A DNA stretch of 64,000 bases from Candidatus Pacearchaeota archaeon (GCA_041649045.1 JBAZNV010000002.1:50336-114335), one strand, 5' to 3'; counted from the first letter of the stretch, positions 1 to 9,683 are shown. A program made the numbers and translations. The notes: a model not told the origin generated them from the sequence alone.

Positions 1-2244
1 TATCCTGCAGGATTTGACTTGAAAAACGAAAGATATCAGTCCATCGCAAAATCGATTTGTGGGATGGCAAATCAAAAATGTACAGTTGTATACAAACCAA
101 AATTTACAGGTGGATGTGAAATAGAATATAATAAAGATTGTCTTAGTGAGGAATTCGGCCAGAAAATGAACGATTTTTGTCGGGGGCTCGGCGATTGCGG
201 TGGAGAAGTAAATATTTTGGGAGAATACTCTGAGAATTATAAAATTACAAAATCTCCAAAACTAAGTCAATCATGGATAGCCAAATTAAAGGGATTAGCA
301 ACGCCCATCCAGGGCCAAATTGCAGAAGTAGAAAATTATGCAAAATATTTAGAAGCAGCAGGAGTAATCAAAACGCAGAATGAAGTAGAAAATTATAACG
401 TTGACGAAGACCTTATGAAATTAGGAACTGGAGTTGCGGGAATTGGCTATGCGATGGGAGTAGTCGCGGTCGCTTCTTATTATGGCGTGGGGCTATCAAC
501 CCTAACATTAGAAGGCTTGGGCACAGCATCTGTCTGGCAATCTTCATTGGGATCAACACTCGCACCATTTTCTGGTGCTGCAATAGGCGCAGGGATAGGA
601 ATGATAGCAGGAATGTATCTGGCAAAAGTGTTAAAACTTGCACCAATGGGTTCAATCTTAATGTCAATAGGAGGTGGAATCGTTGGCGGAGTTTTGGGCT
701 ATGAGATGGTGTTGCAAACAACATTAAATCCAATTTTCTTTTGGGTCGGCGTTGCATTGATTGTTTTTTCTCTTTTTTTCGGAAGCAACGACTGCAAACC
801 AAAAATCGTTGAATTTGAATGCAAACCATGGCAGCCGCCAAAAGGGGGAAGCAACTGCGAAGAGTGCAACGGCGACTCGCTTAAACCATGTTCCGAATAT
901 AGGTGTAGTAGTCTGGGTGCAGCCTGTGAATTAATAAATAAAGGGACAGCAGAAGAACTTTGTATAGATAAAAATCCGGATGATACAACTCCGCCAACAA
1001 TCACTCCCCAATACGGGGTAATTTCGGAAAACGAAAAATACAATCAAATTACTGATAAAGGTTTCAAAATTTCTTCATCAACGAGCGAATGCATAGATGC
1101 TTATACAGATTTGGAATTCGGAATCCAAACTAATGAACCAGCACAATGTAAGTTTGACCTTCAAACTAAAAATTTTGAAGACATGGAATTTGATATTGGA
1201 GGGAATAATTTCTTATATAATCACACAACTATATTCACTCTTCCGGACCCAAGTCATGGGCAAAGCCAAGGGGGAAACTGGACAGGCGAACTTGATCTTT
1301 ATATAAAATGTCAGGATACTCACGGACACGAAAATCCGGATTTTTACACCATAAACCTATGCGTGAAAGAAGGTCCCGATAAAACACCGCCAAGAATAAA
1401 ATCCTTAAACCCGGGAAACAACGAACTAATTAGTTTCGATAAAACAGAGACAAGTTCACAAATAATTACTAATGAACTTTCAGAATGCAGGTGGGATATT
1501 GCAGACAAGGACTACTCTCTTATGTCAAACCAAATGATTTGTGACAAAGATTTATTATCGCCATCTTCGACGCTTGGGTATATGTGCAGTACAGCCTTGG
1601 CGTTAGCATCAAGCGAAAATATTTTCTATGTAAGATGCATAGATCAGCCATGGTTAAATGGGACAGGGAATGCGAATACACAAAGCTTTCTATATACTTT
1701 AAAAAAACCCGGGAACAAAATTGCGATTGATGAAGTATTGCCAAATGAAGACTTCAAAAGTTCGACAACATTTTCCTCAATTGAATTACAAGTGAAAACT
1801 TCGGGTGGCGGGATTAGGCATATATGTTCATATTCATTTTCTGGCTATGAAAAAACAATCGAATTTTTTGAAACAGGAGAGTCAAATATCCATAAACAGC
1901 CGCTTAATGTAAGATCAAGTACAAACAAAATTTTTATAGAATGCACGGACGAAACAGGAGATTATGCACGTTCCGAAACAGAATTTAAAATTAACTTTGA
2001 CAGTTCATCGCCTCAAATTTCAAGAGTATGGAGAGGGGAGAATACCCTTAATTTTATTACAAATGAAAAAGCAGAATGTAGTTATTCAGAAAAAAGTTGC
2101 CTCATGAATTCAAATGAAAAGACAACTCAGTTAAGCGAAACTCATAAAATCGAAATTTCGACAGGCAAAAATTATTATATTAAATGCACAGATGAATTCG
2201 GAAATACGCCGACAGGATGTTCGTTGATAATTAATCCCGTCTAA
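1..2244 (+). CDS. Giant Cys-rich secreted/membrane surface protein, paralog A (5' partial; frame open to window start)
   Basis: The reading frame is open from nt 1, and the listed start is TTG at 19, so the true start is probably upstream. It has a central Gly/Ala-rich hydrophobic segment followed by the Cys module CKPWQPPKGGSNCEECNGDSLKPCSEYRCSSLG. It contains the motifs LGDCGGEVNILGEY and FGIQTNEPAQCKFD, which recur in ORF 3007..6912. Stretches at 190-204, 891-920 and 1120-1160 are conserved at DNA level with 4641-4655, 5492-5521 and 5740-5780. Confidence 0.55.
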   Translation, partial: YPAGFDLKNERYQSIAKSICGMANQKCTVVYKPKFTGGCEIEYNKDCLSEEFGQKMNDFCRGLGDCGGEVNILGEYSENYKITKSPKLSQSWIAKLKGLATPIQGQIAEVENYAKYLEAAGVIKTQNEVENYNVDEDLMKLGTGVAGIGYAMGVVAVASYYGVGLSTLTLEGLGTASVWQSSLGSTLAPFSGAAIGAGIGMIAGMYLAKVLKLAPMGSILMSIGGGIVGGVLGYEMVLQTTLNPIFFWVGVALIVFSLFFGSNDCKPKIVEFECKPWQPPKGGSNCEECNGDSLKPCSEYRCSSLGAACELINKGTAEELCIDKNPDDTTPPTITPQYGVISENEKYNQITDKGFKISSSTSECIDAYTDLEFGIQTNEPAQCKFDLQTKNFEDMEFDIGGNNFLYNHTTIFTLPDPSHGQSQGGNWTGELDLYIKCQDTHGHENPDFYTINLCVKEGPDKTPPRIKSLNPGNNELISFDKTETSSQIITNELSECRWDIADKDYSLMSNQMICDKDLLSPSSTLGYMCSTALALASSENIFYVRCIDQPWLNGTGNANTQSFLYTLKKPGNKIAIDEVLPNEDFKSSTTFSSIELQVKTSGGGIRHICSYSFSGYEKTIEFFETGESNIHKQPLNVRSSTNKIFIECTDETGDYARSETEFKINFDSSSPQISRVWRGENTLNFITNEKAECSYSEKSCLMNSNEKTTQLSETHKIEISTGKNYYIKCTDEFGNTPTGCSLIINPV

Positions 2245-2276
2245 ATATTTATAAATAAAGCATGGTTGAAATAAAT

Positions 2277-2588
2277 ATGGCGAAAAAGGGGCAGATCACG
2301 ATTTTTATTATATTGGCGATTTTAATCGTTTCCGCCATCCTCGTTTTCTTTTTATACGTAAGACCAACATTTATTTCATCAGGCAACAAATTAGATTTCG
2401 AAAATTGCGTTCAGCAAACTGTAGAAAAATCAATTTTAAAACTTGAAAAAAATGCCGGATTCGTTAACTCAGAATTTACTTACAATTATAAGAGCGAGGA
2501 ATTTACGTATCTTTGTTATACTAACGAATACTATAAAACATGTACAATACAGCAACCTTTTTTAAAACAACATTTCAGCAACAAATAG
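2277..2588 (+). CDS. Type IV pilin-like protein (class III signal peptide), N-terminal part; probably one gene with 2540..3010 if T6 at 2558-2563 is really T7
   Basis: The N-terminus is MAKKG|QITIFIILAILIVSAILVFF: a short basic leader, Gly at -1 and Gln at +1, then a hydrophobic helix, as in archaeal EppA-type prepilins. The ORF ends 25 nt after a T6 run. Inserting one T fuses it in frame to the next ORF, giving ...QQPFFKTTFQQQIEKD... Confidence 0.45.
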   Translation: MAKKGQITIFIILAILIVSAILVFFLYVRPTFISSGNKLDFENCVQQTVEKSILKLEKNAGFVNSEFTYNYKSEEFTYLCYTNEYYKTCTIQQPFLKQHFSNK

Positions 2589-3010
2589 AAAAAGATGTGA
2601 CGCAAGAAATAAATCTTTGCTATGAAAATTCTTTGCAAGATTTAAAAGACAGAGGTTATTCAGTAACATCAGGTAAATTGAATTATTCGATATTAATTAA
2701 CCCCAGTGTCGTTAATGTGAATATACAGTCTCCTACGACAGTTGGCTCAAACAAATTTTCAAGGTTTAATGTACAAATAGCCTCGCCTTTATACGAAATG
2801 CTTATGATATCGACAGTGATTCTTCAGTATGAAACATTTTACGGAGACGCCGATGTGGACTCAATTATGTCAATCTACCAGGATTATTATATTGAAAAAA
2901 TAAAAAGAGACGACGGGACCACAATCTATATTTTAAATAGTAAATCTTTTGAAAATAAATTTCAATTCGCAAGCAAAAGTTTGACGTGGCCTGCAGGATA
3001 TGTCGGATGA
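2540..3010 (+). CDS. C-terminal part of the pilin-like protein (separate frame; likely joined to 2277..2588 by a homopolymer frameshift); stop overlaps start of next gene (ATGA)
   Basis: It has no signal peptide of its own. It overlaps the upstream ORF by 49 nt in a different frame. Its stop TGA at 3008-3010 overlaps the ATG at 3007 of the giant protein, which suggests translational coupling. Confidence 0.4.
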   Translation: MYNTATFFKTTFQQQIEKDVTQEINLCYENSLQDLKDRGYSVTSGKLNYSILINPSVVNVNIQSPTTVGSNKFSRFNVQIASPLYEMLMISTVILQYETFYGDADVDSIMSIYQDYYIEKIKRDDGTTIYILNSKSFENKFQFASKSLTWPAGYVG

Positions 3011-6000
3011 AGAAAAAATTTGTTACAAGTTTTGAACTAACTATTTTGCTTTTTTCAACTTTTGCTTTTTCATTTTTAATTTATTCTGCAGACAATGTTT
3101 CCGCAGATACATCTTTGTCAGAACCAACAAGTTGTTGCGAAAAAACAAAGGATGGCGCTTTTTGCCTGAATACTAACGAAGATGATTGTGCGGCAAACTA
3201 CAAAATCTCTCAAACTTCATGCGAAACAACATCATATTGCAAACTTGGAACCTGTTATGATTCAGACGAAGGAATATGTATGGAGAACACGCCCCAGAAC
3301 ATTTGTGTTTCAAGTGGAGGCACATGGGATGAACGAGAATTAGCCGAAGTCCCACAGTGTCAACCCGGATGTTGTATTATTGCAGATCAGGCAGCATTCG
3401 TTTCGTTAGTCAGATGCAAGAAACTTTCAAATTTTTTCGGCGTGGAAAATAATTTTAAGAAGGATATAAATTCAGAAATCCAATGCATTGCGACAGCTCA
3501 ATCGCAGGATATGGGCGCTTGTGTTTATGAAAAAGATTACGAAAAAATTTGCAAATTTACAACGAGAGCTGAATGCAGCGCGCCAGAAACCATCGAAAGT
3601 GTGAATTCATCATCTTCGGGAAAGAAATTCTATAAAGATTATTTATGTTCGGCCGAAGAATTAAATACGATTTGCGCACGACAAACTTCGACAATATGTT
3701 ATGGAGGGAAGGTTTACTGGGTAGATTCATGTGGCAACAGGGAGAATGTATACTCATCAAATAAAGATAAGAGTTGGAATAGAGGAAGAATAGCCGAGCC
3801 CGATACAATCTGCTCCCCAAATTCAGGGACAAACAAAAACTGTGGAAATTGTGATTATTTTCTTGGAACAAGATGTGCAGAATGGGATGGCTCAACAGGA
3901 AAACCATCAGGGAGTGAATATTATTGTAAAAAAACAGAATGTGTAGATAGAAACGGCGATAAGAAATTAAATGGAGAAAGTTGGTGTGTTTACGATGGAG
4001 AAGTCGGGAATGGCTTGGACTCAGTTGGTTCAAGATATTTTAGAGAAATTTGTGTTGACGGCCAAGTGAAAGTTGAGCCATGCGCAGAGTATCGAAACGA
4101 GATTTGCCTTGAAGGTTCAATAAAAACATCCGAAGGAGATTATTCAACAAGCGCGTGCAGAGTAAACAGATGGCAAGATTGCATATTACAAGATGAGCAA
4201 GAAGATTGTCTGAATATAGATAAAAGAGATTGCTTATGGCTTCCCTCTATAACAGGAATTATCCTTGGTTCTGCGAAATCCGATTCTTCAAAGCAAACCG
4301 GTTTTTCAAACCCAACAGCAGGAGAGACAGTCTTTTCAAACCCAACAGCGACAGGCAACGTAATTTCGCCGATTACAGGAGAAATTGCATGGGGCGGGAC
4401 AGAAAAAGAAGATGAAAAAACAATGACAACAAACCCTGATGGGATTTGTGTTCCAAACTATCCCCCCGGATTAAAATTCTGGGAAGGAACAATAAATCAA
4501 CAAACTTGTGCCCAGGCAAGCGCAAAATGTATAATTAAATATGAAAAAGGAATTCTTGATGGAAGTTGGGAGTGTATAGAAAATTGTGAATGCGAAGACG
4601 AAGACTGGGCCTTGGACGTAAATCGGGTTTGTGCAGCTCTCGGCGATTGCGGTGGATACGTAAATTATTTAGGAAAATATACGGATGATGGATATGAATG
4701 GAAATCTGACAATGACAAAAAAGAATTTTCTCCAAACAATATAAATAAAATTAGCGGAGGCTTCACGGGGATGGTTGCAGGATTTATCGATAAAATAATT
4801 ATAACTGGGAATACACTCGCCCAAACACCAACCCCTGTTTCAGGAATTCAGGTAGCCGAAGGAATCGCTGCAAGGTCATCAACACTAATTACAAAAGAAG
4901 CTGTGCAGGTCGAAGTCGTAAAATTTGCAGAAATGGGGCCATTTTCATCCATGCCAGCCAGAGAAACAATCCTCATCGCAAAAGATACCCCCATCACCCT
5001 GTCCGCTAACGGCGGAACATTCGTTTCAGGAGATAAAGTTTATTCTTTAACTAATGCTCAAATCGAAACTGTGCGGGGAGCAGGAGGTGTTGGGCAGCAA
5101 ACAAGTAAACACTTTCTTTCAGGTAAATTAGGTTTGGAAGCGGGGGGGCTTCCTGATGCTCTTGCAACGGGTATTCAGTGGGCAGCGGTTGCATACGGAG
5201 CGGGTTATTTAATTGGAAGTCTATTTGGGATGAGCAAACAAAATACCCAATCTCTTTCAACAGCAATGGCAGCCGGTTCTTTCACATGGCAAAGTCTGGC
5301 TACATATAAAGCCGTAAATCTCGGATGGTTCAGTGCAAATCCATTTTTAACAGGGTTGGGCGTAGGCGCCATTGTTTTCATAGCAATGTATAAAAAATAC
5401 GAAACAAAAACAGTTTCATTTGATTGCTTGCCATACCAAGCTCCTTCTGGCGGAAACGATTGCGAAAAATGCAACGATCCAACTCTCCCATGTTCCGAAT
5501 ACAGATGTAAATCACTCGGTCAGAATTGCGAACTCGTAAATATCGGGACTAAAGAAGAAAAATGTGTAAACATTAATCCGCGAGACGTGAATTCGCCGGT
5601 GATAAAACCAAACACAGAAGAACTAACAGATGGCCATAAATATACAAATATAAAAACATCTCCTCCTGGCCCGGGATTCAGTATAATATCAACCAATAAT
5701 CAAGACGGATGTTTGCAGGCATTTACACCATTAAAGTTTGGGATTCAAACTAACGAACCAGCACAATGCAAGATAGATTTTAATCACACAACAAAATTCG
5801 ATGACATGATTTCATTTATGGGCGGGAGCAATTTATATTCCTACAATCATACCGAACAGTTTTCACTTCCAGGAGCAAAATTATTCGAAAATTCATCGTT
5901 GATACTTCAAAATGGAAAAGACATGACTTTTTTCATAAGATGCAAAGATAAAAACGGGAACGAGAATTCAGCAGAGTACGCAGTAAATCTATGTGTTGAC

Positions 6001-6912
6001 CCAAGCCCCGATACAACAGCTCCCCAAATAAAAGCAACGTCAATTGAAAACAATGGATGTATTGCAGAAAATTACGATTCCGTGGATGTAGAATTTTACG
6101 TCAACGAACCTGCCGATTGCAAATGGGACTTTCAGGATACAAGTTACGAAAACATGGGAAATGAAATGACATGCTCGAATGAACTATATCAGGTAAATGC
6201 AAACTACTTGTTTACATGCAAGACAGAATTAAGTGGCATAGCACGAGACGGAACCAATTTCTACGTCAGATGCCAAGACCAACCCGAAAGCGACATTAAT
6301 GATAGAATAACAAATAAGGAAAGTTTCGTATTTTCCCTCAGAGGCAGTACAGAATTAAAATTAAGTTATCTGATGCCAAACAGCACGCTTTCCGGATCAG
6401 TAAATCCCGCTCCAATAGAATTGTACGCCGAGACCGTTTTTGGCTGCAATAACGGGCAATCAATCTGCTACTATTCGACAACAGGAGACGAAGACGATTA
6501 TATAATGTTTTACGATACAAACAATGAAGATGGGATCAGCACCCAAAGACAGGATTTAGCTTCAGGCGACCACAAATACTATATTCGATGTATCGATGCA
6601 GGGGGGAATGTTGTGGAAGACATGATTAGATTTAATCTTGATATAGACACAAGTGCCCCAACAATAACGAGAATTTACGAAGAAAATAAAAATTTGAAAA
6701 TAATCACAGTAAGAAGTAGCGAGTGCGCTTATAGCTTCAACAACTGTGATTTTAGCTTTGAAGAAGGAGTCGAAATGCCATACGCAAATTCAACAATCCA
6801 CGTCGCAGAATGGAACAAAGATAAAACATATTATATAAAATGCAGGGACGAATTTAAAAATGAAGATGCAGATTGTTCGGCAATCGTAAAACCGAGCGAT
6901 AATTTTTTATAA
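3007..6912 (+). CDS. Giant Cys-rich secreted/membrane surface protein, paralog B (1301 aa from Met at 3007)
   Basis: It has a signal peptide MKKKFVTSFELTILLFSTFAFSFLIYSA and a Cys-dense N-terminal third. It carries LGDCGGYVNYLGKY, a Gly/Ala-rich hydrophobic block, and then CLPYQAPSGGNDCEKCNDPTLPCSEYRCKSLG. Beta-rich modules follow, each seeded by NEPAQCKID / NEPADCKWD. It is paralogous to the ORF at 1..2244. Confidence 0.6.
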   Translation: MKKKFVTSFELTILLFSTFAFSFLIYSADNVSADTSLSEPTSCCEKTKDGAFCLNTNEDDCAANYKISQTSCETTSYCKLGTCYDSDEGICMENTPQNICVSSGGTWDERELAEVPQCQPGCCIIADQAAFVSLVRCKKLSNFFGVENNFKKDINSEIQCIATAQSQDMGACVYEKDYEKICKFTTRAECSAPETIESVNSSSSGKKFYKDYLCSAEELNTICARQTSTICYGGKVYWVDSCGNRENVYSSNKDKSWNRGRIAEPDTICSPNSGTNKNCGNCDYFLGTRCAEWDGSTGKPSGSEYYCKKTECVDRNGDKKLNGESWCVYDGEVGNGLDSVGSRYFREICVDGQVKVEPCAEYRNEICLEGSIKTSEGDYSTSACRVNRWQDCILQDEQEDCLNIDKRDCLWLPSITGIILGSAKSDSSKQTGFSNPTAGETVFSNPTATGNVISPITGEIAWGGTEKEDEKTMTTNPDGICVPNYPPGLKFWEGTINQQTCAQASAKCIIKYEKGILDGSWECIENCECEDEDWALDVNRVCAALGDCGGYVNYLGKYTDDGYEWKSDNDKKEFSPNNINKISGGFTGMVAGFIDKIIITGNTLAQTPTPVSGIQVAEGIAARSSTLITKEAVQVEVVKFAEMGPFSSMPARETILIAKDTPITLSANGGTFVSGDKVYSLTNAQIETVRGAGGVGQQTSKHFLSGKLGLEAGGLPDALATGIQWAAVAYGAGYLIGSLFGMSKQNTQSLSTAMAAGSFTWQSLATYKAVNLGWFSANPFLTGLGVGAIVFIAMYKKYETKTVSFDCLPYQAPSGGNDCEKCNDPTLPCSEYRCKSLGQNCELVNIGTKEEKCVNINPRDVNSPVIKPNTEELTDGHKYTNIKTSPPGPGFSIISTNNQDGCLQAFTPLKFGIQTNEPAQCKIDFNHTTKFDDMISFMGGSNLYSYNHTEQFSLPGAKLFENSSLILQNGKDMTFFIRCKDKNGNENSAEYAVNLCVDPSPDTTAPQIKATSIENNGCIAENYDSVDVEFYVNEPADCKWDFQDTSYENMGNEMTCSNELYQVNANYLFTCKTELSGIARDGTNFYVRCQDQPESDINDRITNKESFVFSLRGSTELKLSYLMPNSTLSGSVNPAPIELYAETVFGCNNGQSICYYSTTGDEDDYIMFYDTNNEDGISTQRQDLASGDHKYYIRCIDAGGNVVEDMIRFNLDIDTSAPTITRIYEENKNLKIITVRSSECAYSFNNCDFSFEEGVEMPYANSTIHVAEWNKDKTYYIKCRDEFKNEDADCSAIVKPSDNFL

Positions 6913-6913
6913 A

Positions 6914-7402
6914 ATGAAAAAAAAAGCACAAGAATCCATTGGGATGTCATTCGGCGTAATTTTTGCAATTTTTTTAATAATTATTTTTTTGCTTGTAGCT
7001 TTCTTCACGATAAAACATTTTTTAGACATAGAAAAAACTTCAAAAGTTGGTTTATTTTATCGTGATTTTCAGGAATCCGTGGATTCAGCCTTTATCAGTC
7101 AATCAACAGAATTTAATTTTGAAATTAATCTTCCTCCAAAGATAGAAAAAATTTGTTTTGCAAATCTTTCAGCCAAAATAACTGGCAATCAGGCAGATTA
7201 TAAGGAACTGGAAAATTATGATATTTATGAAGCGAATGTTTTTTTAATCCCATCGCAATTTGCGGAAAGCATGGAATACAAATTAATCAATCATCTAAAC
7301 ATTACAAAAATAATTGAAAACAAAAATCCGTATTGTATTCCCGTCTCTCAAAATATATTAATAAAAAAAGACTTTTACGACAGGTTGGTTAGTGTAGAAT
7401 AA
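6914..7402 (+). CDS. Pilin-like small secreted protein (class III-like signal peptide)
   Basis: The N-terminus is MKKKAQESIG|MSFGVIFAIFLIIIFLLVAFF. It starts 2 nt after the giant gene's stop codon. Confidence 0.4.
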   Translation: MKKKAQESIGMSFGVIFAIFLIIIFLLVAFFTIKHFLDIEKTSKVGLFYRDFQESVDSAFISQSTEFNFEINLPPKIEKICFANLSAKITGNQADYKELENYDIYEANVFLIPSQFAESMEYKLINHLNITKIIENKNPYCIPVSQNILIKKDFYDRLVSVE

Positions 7403-7431
7403 TTAATAAACTATGCCTCCAATATTTTATT

Positions 7432-8361
7432 ATGAAAAGAGGTGAGTTTAATTTTGTCTGGCTCTTCGCAATAGTTGTGGGCGGATTGATTTTATTTTTA
7501 GCTGTGTATGGCGCCACAAAAATAGGAGACACCAAAAAATATCAGACAGACAGTGAGATAGCAAAACAAATTTCAATTTTAACTGACCCAATGCAGGCAG
7601 GTTTTGCCGAAGGAAGTTTCAGCAAAATGACTTTCAAGCAAGAGATAAAAATAAAAAATCTTTGTTCAGTCGGAAATTTTGGAGAAAATGAAATTTCGGT
7701 TTCAACAAAAACAAACAACAAATGGAATCAGTTCGGAGCAGGAACAATAATACCAAATAAATATATTTTTTCCGCGGAATTAAACGAAGGAAAAGAATTT
7801 TACATTACTTCAAAACCATTTAATTTTCCTTATGAAGTAAGCGACATGATATTTTTGACTTCAAAAGAATATTGTTTCTCTAATTCTCCTGATGAAATAT
7901 CCGAAGAGATAAAAGAACTAAATATCCCAAATATAAAAATAGAAAATTGTTCTGGTTCAGAAATAAAAGTTTGTTTCGGCTCATCGGCAAACTGCGACAT
8001 AGTAATTTATGGTACATGTTTATCAAACTGCGATTCTGTTTACGAGGAAGGTGTTGTAGAAAAAAAAGAAGAAATAATAAAATACGTAGACAATTTATTA
8101 TTGGCAGCAATTTTTTCAGATAAAACGGTTTACGATTGCAATATCAATAGACTTTTGCAAAGAACATCTTCAATTGCAGAATTATATAGCGAAAAGGCAG
8201 ATATCTCAAATGCAAGAAATTGCAACACCAATCTCAAAAGCGACTTGTTATTTTGGAAAGATTTCACTGTGAATTCAACTTCAGACGAGATTATTTCCCT
8301 TAATATTTTATCAAAAAGCTTACAAATTAAAAATGAAAGGGAATTATGTAAATTATGGTAA
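7432..8361 (+). CDS. Pilin-like secreted protein (class III signal peptide)
   Basis: The N-terminus is MKRG|EFNFVWLFAIVVGGLILFLAVYG, a classic basic-Gly leader followed by a hydrophobic helix. Confidence 0.45.
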   Translation: MKRGEFNFVWLFAIVVGGLILFLAVYGATKIGDTKKYQTDSEIAKQISILTDPMQAGFAEGSFSKMTFKQEIKIKNLCSVGNFGENEISVSTKTNNKWNQFGAGTIIPNKYIFSAELNEGKEFYITSKPFNFPYEVSDMIFLTSKEYCFSNSPDEISEEIKELNIPNIKIENCSGSEIKVCFGSSANCDIVIYGTCLSNCDSVYEEGVVEKKEEIIKYVDNLLLAAIFSDKTVYDCNINRLLQRTSSIAELYSEKADISNARNCNTNLKSDLLFWKDFTVNSTSDEIISLNILSKSLQIKNERELCKLW

Positions 8362-8855
8362 GAGCACAAATGAAAATTCAGCAAATGGCGTTTATGATTT
8401 TGGCGGTTTTTTTATTTTTTGTTCTGGTTGGTTTATTTTTTTTAGCTATTCAATTTCGGGACATAAATAAAAATGCAGATAGGATGCAGACAGAACAGGC
8501 AATATCATCATTAAAAGTAATCGCGGACATGGCCGAGTTATCTTATGATTCAACAGACACATTAACAATAGACGAAGATAAATTAAAGATAATGTCAACC
8601 AAATTTTCTGAAAAATATAAAAACTTCTGGCCAGTTGCCTCAATCAAAATTTACATAATTTACCCATCGTTCAACAAGACAATCAAATGCCCAGAAACGA
8701 ACTGCAACTATTATGAGATTTTAGACAACGGACAAAAAAACATAAAAGAATATTCCACTTTCATTTCTATATGTAGCAAAATAAATAATTTCGGGGTTTA
8801 TGATAAATGCGGAATAGGAAAAATAGTCGTAGGAGTCAAAATAAATGAAAAATAA
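8355..8855 (+). CDS. Pilin-like small secreted protein
   Basis: The N-terminus is MVRAQMKIQQMAFMILAVFLFFVLVGLFF. It overlaps the previous gene by 7 nt, consistent with an operon. Confidence 0.4.
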   Translation: MVRAQMKIQQMAFMILAVFLFFVLVGLFFLAIQFRDINKNADRMQTEQAISSLKVIADMAELSYDSTDTLTIDEDKLKIMSTKFSEKYKNFWPVASIKIYIIYPSFNKTIKCPETNCNYYEILDNGQKNIKEYSTFISICSKINNFGVYDKCGIGKIVVGVKINEK

Positions 8856-9330
8856 TCACAAAGCCCAGCAGGAAATGGTCGGTTTTGTCTTGATAGTCAT
8901 CTTGGTAATTGTAGGAGTAATGGTTTTTTTAATCCTTTCATTAAAATCTCCCGAAGAACAATCCAGCTCAAATGTTGATAATATGCTCGGAGCGATAATG
9001 AAAATAACGACAGAATGTGCCATTGTTTTCGAACCCCAATTCGAAGATTTGCATGATTTATTTGAGAGTTGTTACGCAGGAAAAAAATGTGCGAATCTAA
9101 ACATCGACACCTGCGAATACCTTAATAAAACGCTCCAGAACGTTTTTGCCGATATTATAAAAACCGAAAGCACAATAGAATCATATCAGTTTGACTTTTT
9201 AATTAAAGAAGGAGATAGTTTACTTGAGATTAAAGAGGGAAATTGTTCGGGAGAATTTTCTTCAGCACAAAGAAATCTTGGAAATTCTGCGAATTTGGTT
9301 GTTAGATTAAAGATTTGTAAATCAGATTAA
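8845..9330 (+). CDS. Pilin-like small secreted protein
   Basis: The N-terminus is MKNNHKAQQEMVGFVLIVILVIVGVMVFLILSL. It overlaps the previous gene by 11 nt. Confidence 0.4.
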   Translation: MKNNHKAQQEMVGFVLIVILVIVGVMVFLILSLKSPEEQSSSNVDNMLGAIMKITTECAIVFEPQFEDLHDLFESCYAGKKCANLNIDTCEYLNKTLQNVFADIIKTESTIESYQFDFLIKEGDSLLEIKEGNCSGEFSSAQRNLGNSANLVVRLKICKSD

Positions 9331-9683
9331 ATATTAATAATTATTTGCAAACTATCGACTGAAAGCACGGGCCTCAACGATTCTCTTTTCCCCCTTTTTT
9401 CCGAAATGAATTCTAAAAATCCAAATCGCTCAAGAGACAAAACGTCTTCTCTGACAGACTTAAAGTCCCTTCCAAGAATTTTTGCAAGAGCATAAATAGA
9501 ACAAGGATTTTCTTTTTTTAAAATATATAATATTCTTGATTTTTCATTGCTTAATAAGCTTCGCAACATTTTCACATCAGAAAAATCATGATCAGTCGAT
9601 TTCCCTATAAATTTTGAGACGAAGTTTTCCTTATTTGCATTTACTTCAACGTATCTAATTTTGGTTTTTCTTATTTGTGCCAT
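9327..9683 (-). CDS. Winged-helix (ArsR/MarR-like) transcriptional regulator
   Basis: The HTH-like segment is SRILYILKKENPCSIYALAKILGRDFKSVREDV. It is transcribed divergently from the major surface protein gene. Confidence 0.45.
   Translation of the reverse strand: MAQIRKTKIRYVEVNANKENFVSKFIGKSTDHDFSDVKMLRSLLSNEKSRILYILKKENPCSIYALAKILGRDFKSVREDVLSLERFGFLEFISEKRGKRESLRPVLSVDSLQIIINI

Noticed and set aside
413-1043. Minus-strand ORFs 413..841 and 699..1043, and many similar 60-160-aa ORFs antisense to large genes throughout the window. Examples are 3173..4033, 14320..15447, 22526..24457, 27456..27941, 31033..33804, 40354..42222 and 52448..55652.
   Set aside because: They lie entirely inside longer, motif-supported genes on the opposite strand. 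They have low-complexity or hydrophobic translations and no coupling signals. They are shadow ORFs typical of antisense frames.
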